NCBI GenBank assembly: GCA_044226685.1
Contig: JBGAGP010000007.1
Span: 1,351-65,350, forward strand
Direction: 5' to 3'
DNA from: Dongiaceae bacterium
GTDB lineage: Bacteria > Pseudomonadota > Alphaproteobacteria > Dongiales > Dongiaceae
Length of the DNA stretch: 64,000 nt
Shown here in pieces: positions 59,577 through 64,000 of this stretch. Every line of letters begins with the position of its first letter. Within the stretch, counting starts at the first letter, position 1. The translations under genes and the position numbers were made by a program. A model generated the notes under the pieces. That model saw nothing but the letters and a program-made list of their open reading frames with translations, did no database searches and was not told where the DNA came from.

Positions 59577-59636
59577 TCTCATCCATGTCGCTGATGGCAC
59601 GGCCACAGCACGCTCCCCGAAACATCCTCGTCTTAA

Positions 59637-59651
59637 TGCAAACGATTCTCA
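59637..59651. promoter_or_regulatory. Fur-like box upstream of hemP
   Basis: Minus strand TGAGAAT-C-GTTTGCA within TGCAAA-N9-TTTGCA palindrome. Confidence 0.75.
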
Positions 59652-59689
59652 TTTGCAATAGTGCGAGAGGGATTTTTCAGGCGATTTTC

Positions 59690-60598
59690 TCAGCGCAGGG
59701 TGAACTGCACCGGCACGACGATTTCCACCACCGCATCCGAGATTTCCGCCGGCAGGGGCGGCAGCGGCTGCGCCCGCTCGATCATCGCCAGCACTTCGGC
59801 ATCAAGCGCCTCGTAGCCGGAGCTCTTGGCCAGGGCGTAGCTCAGGACCCGGCCGCTGCGATCCATGCGGAAGCGGAGCAGACTGGTGCCCTGCTGCAGG
59901 CGCTTGCGGGCGGCGCGCGGATAATTCTTGTGCCGCTCCAGATGCGCAAGCAGCAGCCCCTGCCAGTTGGCCTGTGCCGCCGCGCGGCGGGCGAGCTCGG
60001 CGGCGGAAGGCGCCGCGGCGATCGCCGCCTGCTGCACCGGCTTTGCGGGCGGTGCGGACGCAGCAGCCGCTAACGCGGGCGCTGGCATGGCTTGCGGAGC
60101 CGGTTGTGATTGCAACGCGGCCGGAATCGGCTTGGCGGCCAGCTTTTCCTTCTTTGCTGGTTTTTCCTTGTTAGCCGGCTTTTCCGTGGCGGCCAGTTTC
60201 TGCGGCTCCGCCGTCTTCGGCTTTGCTTTCGGCGGCTCGACGACCGGCTTCGCTGCGGCCGGAGTGGGGAGCGGCTCCGGCGGCGTCGCTTTAGGATTGA
60301 CCAGAGACGGCGACGAATCCTCAGCCGCGGCGGCCGCTTCCGGCGCGGCGCGCGGCGTCGGCAGCGGATCCGGCCGGCGCCATTCCGGCGTGGCCAACGT
60401 CGGATTTGCCGGCGCAGCTGGCGCGGGCGCCAGCTCCAGCATGATCGCCGCGGCCGGCAGAATCGGTGGCGGCGCGTCGTTCCACTGCATCAATCCAGCC
60501 GCGACCGCGCCGCCATGCAAGGCGAGCGTGACCGCGAGCGCGCCGGACCAGCGCAGCAGACCGCGCTCAGGCCCGCCGCTATGGCTGTGGGGCGGCAT
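59690..60598 (-). CDS. tonB: Energy transducer TonB
   Basis: N-terminal TM with ALH, Pro/Ala/Lys-rich linker, NYPRAAR, KSSGYEALD; start uncertain (60598 or 60625). Confidence 0.92.
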   Translation of the reverse strand: MPPHSHSGGPERGLLRWSGALAVTLALHGGAVAAGLMQWNDAPPPILPAAAIMLELAPAPAAPANPTLATPEWRRPDPLPTPRAAPEAAAAAEDSSPSLVNPKATPPEPLPTPAAAKPVVEPPKAKPKTAEPQKLAATEKPANKEKPAKKEKLAAKPIPAALQSQPAPQAMPAPALAAAASAPPAKPVQQAAIAAAPSAAELARRAAAQANWQGLLLAHLERHKNYPRAARKRLQQGTSLLRFRMDRSGRVLSYALAKSSGYEALDAEVLAMIERAQPLPPLPAEISDAVVEIVVPVQFTLR

Positions 60599-61028
60599 CG
60601 CCGTTCCCGGCCGGAGCCGATTCAAGGCCCACCAGGGCCACCTTCAGGTAGCCCGCCGCGCGCAGCAGGTTCATCACCTCCATCAGTGCCCCGTATTCCA
60701 CCGACTTGTCGGCACGCAGGAAGATGCGCGTGCTCTTGTCGCCCTTGGCGGCCAGGTCCAGTGCATCTGGCAGCGCCCCGCGCCCGATCTCGCTGTTGCC
60801 AAGGCTGAGTGACAAGTCCTGGCGCAGGCTGAGGAACAGCGGCTGGTCGGGGCGCGGCTGCGGCGTCGCGGTGGAGGCCGGCAGGTCGACCGCGACATCG
60901 ACGGTGGAGAGCGGTGCCGCCACCATGAAAATGATCAGCAGTACCAGCATCACGTCGATGAAGGGCGTCACGTTGATCTCGTGCGCCTCGGCAAGCTCCT
61001 CGTCCTCGCGCTGCAGGAAGGCGGCCAT
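60579..61028 (-). CDS. exbD: ExbD
   Basis: [28 protein letters not shown]. Confidence 0.97.
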   Translation of the reverse strand: MAAFLQREDEELAEAHEINVTPFIDVMLVLLIIFMVAAPLSTVDVAVDLPASTATPQPRPDQPLFLSLRQDLSLSLGNSEIGRGALPDALDLAAKGDKSTRIFLRADKSVEYGALMEVMNLLRAAGYLKVALVGLESAPAGNGDAAPQP

Positions 61029-61034
61029 CGGCGG

Positions 61035-61916
<882 letters not shown>

Positions 61917-61994
61917 TGCGGTCGGTCACCCCTTCTTGCGCCGTCCCTGGCCACTGCCGGCCAGGACGGCTCTTGGGGGGTCTCTTAGCCTATT

Positions 61995-62009
61995 TGCGAA
62001 TGCCTCGCA
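61995..62009. promoter_or_regulatory. Fur-like box upstream of exbB
   Basis: TGCGA-ATGCC-TCGCA palindrome; aligns with the other two boxes. Confidence 0.65.
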
Positions 62010-62012
62010 ATA

Positions 62013-63530
62013 TCATCGAGAGACACGGCCGAGCGCCGGATAGAGGCTTTGCAGCCGCCGGTAGGTGTCGCGCCACAGCGCGTATTTGGCATCGAGGGCC
62101 GCGGCATCGGCGGCATTCGGCGTGAAAACGCGGCCGCGCGCCACGTAGCGGCCGATCTCGCCCCAGTCCTGCAGCACACCGAGGCCCATGCCCGCCACAA
62201 ACGCGGCGCCGAGACAGGAGCCGGGATGGCGGTCGATACGAGCGACCGGCCGGCCAAGCGCGTCGGCAGCGATCTGCAGCCACAGGTCGCTGGCCGCCCC
62301 GCCATCGGCAGCGAAGACCTGGGTGACGGCGAGGCCGCACTCGCCGAACACGTCGACATGGTGGCGGAACCCGAACACCACGCCCTCCAGCGCCGCGCGC
62401 CAGACATGGCGCAGATCGTGGTGCAGGCCGAGGCCGACCAGGGTGCCGCGCGCATGCGGGTCCATCAGCGGCGTCTTCTCGCCCAGCACATAGGGCAGGA
62501 ACAGCAACTCGCTCGTGGCCGGCACTTCGGACGCCTTGCGGTCGAGCCACTGGTGGATGGACAGGCCCGCCTTGCCCGCGGCTTCCCGTTCACCGCCGGC
62601 CCAATTGGCCACGATCCAGTTGAGGAAGGTACCGCTGGCCGCCATGCAGCCGTTCGGGAAATAGAGCCCGGGCACGATGTGGTAATCGATGAACAGCCGC
62701 CGGTCGGCGACCGGTTTGTCGCTGGAGAGCAGGATGTCCCCCGCTCCGCCGAACTTGATCACCAGGTCGCCGTTGCGCGCCGCGCCGCAGACAAAGGCGG
62801 AGGCGACATGGTCGGCGCAGCCAGCGACCACCGGCGTGCCGGCAGCAAGACCGGTCTGCGACGCCGCCGCCGCTGTCAGCGCACCCACTACCTCATGGCT
62901 CTTGCGGATCGGCGGCAGCAATGCCGCGTCGATCCCGGCCAGGGCCAGCAGGCGCGGGTCATACTCGCCCGTCGCAATGCCAACGAACCCCGATTCCAGG
63001 GCCCAATTGTGCTCCACCTGCAAGGCGCCACTGAGCCGGAATGTGATGTAGTCGGACGCACCGAGCGCGTGCTTCGCCCGAACGAAAACCTCGCGTTCAT
63101 GGGCCCGCAGCCACATCAGCTTCGGTCCGACCAGCTGCTGCGAATATCCGGTACCGGTCAGGCGCAGGAACTCCGCCTCCGGCATCGCGCGGCGATACTG
63201 TTCAAGCTCCGCCGTCGCCCGCGCGTCGTTCTGCTGGATCGAGCGGCGCAGCGGCCGCCCGGCGTCATCGAGCAGGATGACCGCCGGCAGCATGCCGGTG
63301 ACGCCGATGCCGGCGATGTCAGACGCGGCGATCCCGGCCTTGTTGATCAGCGCCCGGCAGATCTCGCCGACATTGGCCCACCACTGCTCCGGCTCCTCCT
63401 CCGCCCAGTTGGCACGGTCGGAGTGGAAGGTGACCGGACGGCTCTCGACGGCCAGCGTCGCGCCCTGGTCGTCGATGACGATGCCGATGGTGGAGGTGGT
63501 GCCGATGTCGAGGCCGAGCAGCAGGGCCAT
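62013..63530 (-). CDS. FGGY-family carbohydrate kinase (xylulokinase-like)
   Basis: GLDIGTTS, QNDARA, GCADH, PYVLGEKTP, DGGAASDLWLQ. Confidence 0.92.
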   Translation of the reverse strand: MALLLGLDIGTTSTIGIVIDDQGATLAVESRPVTFHSDRANWAEEEPEQWWANVGEICRALINKAGIAASDIAGIGVTGMLPAVILLDDAGRPLRRSIQQNDARATAELEQYRRAMPEAEFLRLTGTGYSQQLVGPKLMWLRAHEREVFVRAKHALGASDYITFRLSGALQVEHNWALESGFVGIATGEYDPRLLALAGIDAALLPPIRKSHEVVGALTAAAASQTGLAAGTPVVAGCADHVASAFVCGAARNGDLVIKFGGAGDILLSSDKPVADRRLFIDYHIVPGLYFPNGCMAASGTFLNWIVANWAGGEREAAGKAGLSIHQWLDRKASEVPATSELLFLPYVLGEKTPLMDPHARGTLVGLGLHHDLRHVWRAALEGVVFGFRHHVDVFGECGLAVTQVFAADGGAASDLWLQIAADALGRPVARIDRHPGSCLGAAFVAGMGLGVLQDWGEIGRYVARGRVFTPNAADAAALDAKYALWRDTYRRLQSLYPALGRVSR

Positions 63531-63535
63531 CGAGG

Positions 63536-64000
63536 CTACTTCCTGAGCTTGCGCACCTTGTCCATGAAGCGCTTCACCCGCGCCTTGTCGATGTTGTTCC
63601 AGGTGTTGCCGTCGACCTTCAGGTGGCTGCCGATGACGCAGCCATCGGCGATCCTCAGGATATCGCCGACATTGTCGATGTTGACGCCGGTATTGGCGAA
63701 GACCGGGGTTTCCGGCAGGGCGTCCTTGGCCTGCTTCAATTCGCCGGTCTCCACTGGTTGGCCGGTCATCGGGCCGGACACCAGAACCACGTCGGCCAGC
63801 GACGAGAACACGGCGCTCCTGGCCCGCTGGGCGATGCTCCGGGTGCCCATGGGCGAGGCGAACTCGGCATTGATGTTGAACAGCAGCTTCAGATCGGCCC
63901 GCTGGCAGTCGCTGCGGATACGCAACGCCGTCGCCGCGTCCGGTGCCCAGATTCCCATGTCGGAATCGTAGACGCCGGTGAAGATCTCGCGCGCGAAGGA
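63536..64000 (-). CDS. BtpA/SgcQ family protein (5' end outside window)
   Basis: REIFTGVYDSDMG, FNINAEFA, VSGPMTG, NTGVN, DGCVIGSHLK. Confidence 0.88.
   Translation of the reverse strand, partial: SFAREIFTGVYDSDMGIWAPDAATALRIRSDCQRADLKLLFNINAEFASPMGTRSIAQRARSAVFSSLADVVLVSGPMTGQPVETGELKQAKDALPETPVFANTGVNIDNVGDILRIADGCVIGSHLKVDGNTWNNIDKARVKRFMDKVRKLRK

Overview
GC-rich alphaproteobacterial chromosomal window. Gene order and Fur-type iron boxes suggest a Rhodospirillales-like organism (inference). I found no rRNA, tRNA, CRISPR, prophage or transposase. Blocks from left to right: (1) rnhA (5'-truncated), Prx5, DsbD/ScsB-like, yqgE; (2) aa3 cytochrome c oxidase superoperon ctaC-ctaD-ctaB-small ORF-ctaG-ctaE-DUF983-SURF1-M32-thrC-M16-rimJ, with divergent tldD; (3) a convergent five-gene envelope-glycan cluster (SAM methyltransferase, 683-aa polytopic membrane protein, GT2, AsnB-type amidotransferase, flippase-like protein); (4) DUF1289, a 15-bp tandem array, a heme/2Fe-2S adenylate cyclase and a phytochelatin-synthase-like gene; (5) a 1156-aa GltD/NfnB-PyrK/NfnA fusion upstream of a corrinoid/methyl-THF cluster (DUF1638, PF13769, MetV-like, MetF, methyl-THF:corrinoid methyltransferase, RACo); (6) greB and a LonC-USP-S2P/CBS-hemN block; (7) a Fur-boxed iron island: imelysin-multicopper oxidase-diheme protein-imelysin-DUF1513, IsdG-like oxygenase, hmuTUV, a TonB heme receptor broken by a frameshifting deletion, hemP, exbBD-tonB; (8) FGGY kinase and a truncated BtpA/SgcQ gene. 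Two REP-like palindrome families occupy intergenic spaces, and one keeps a G-quadruplex pattern. All product calls come from recognised motifs and gene context, not database searches.
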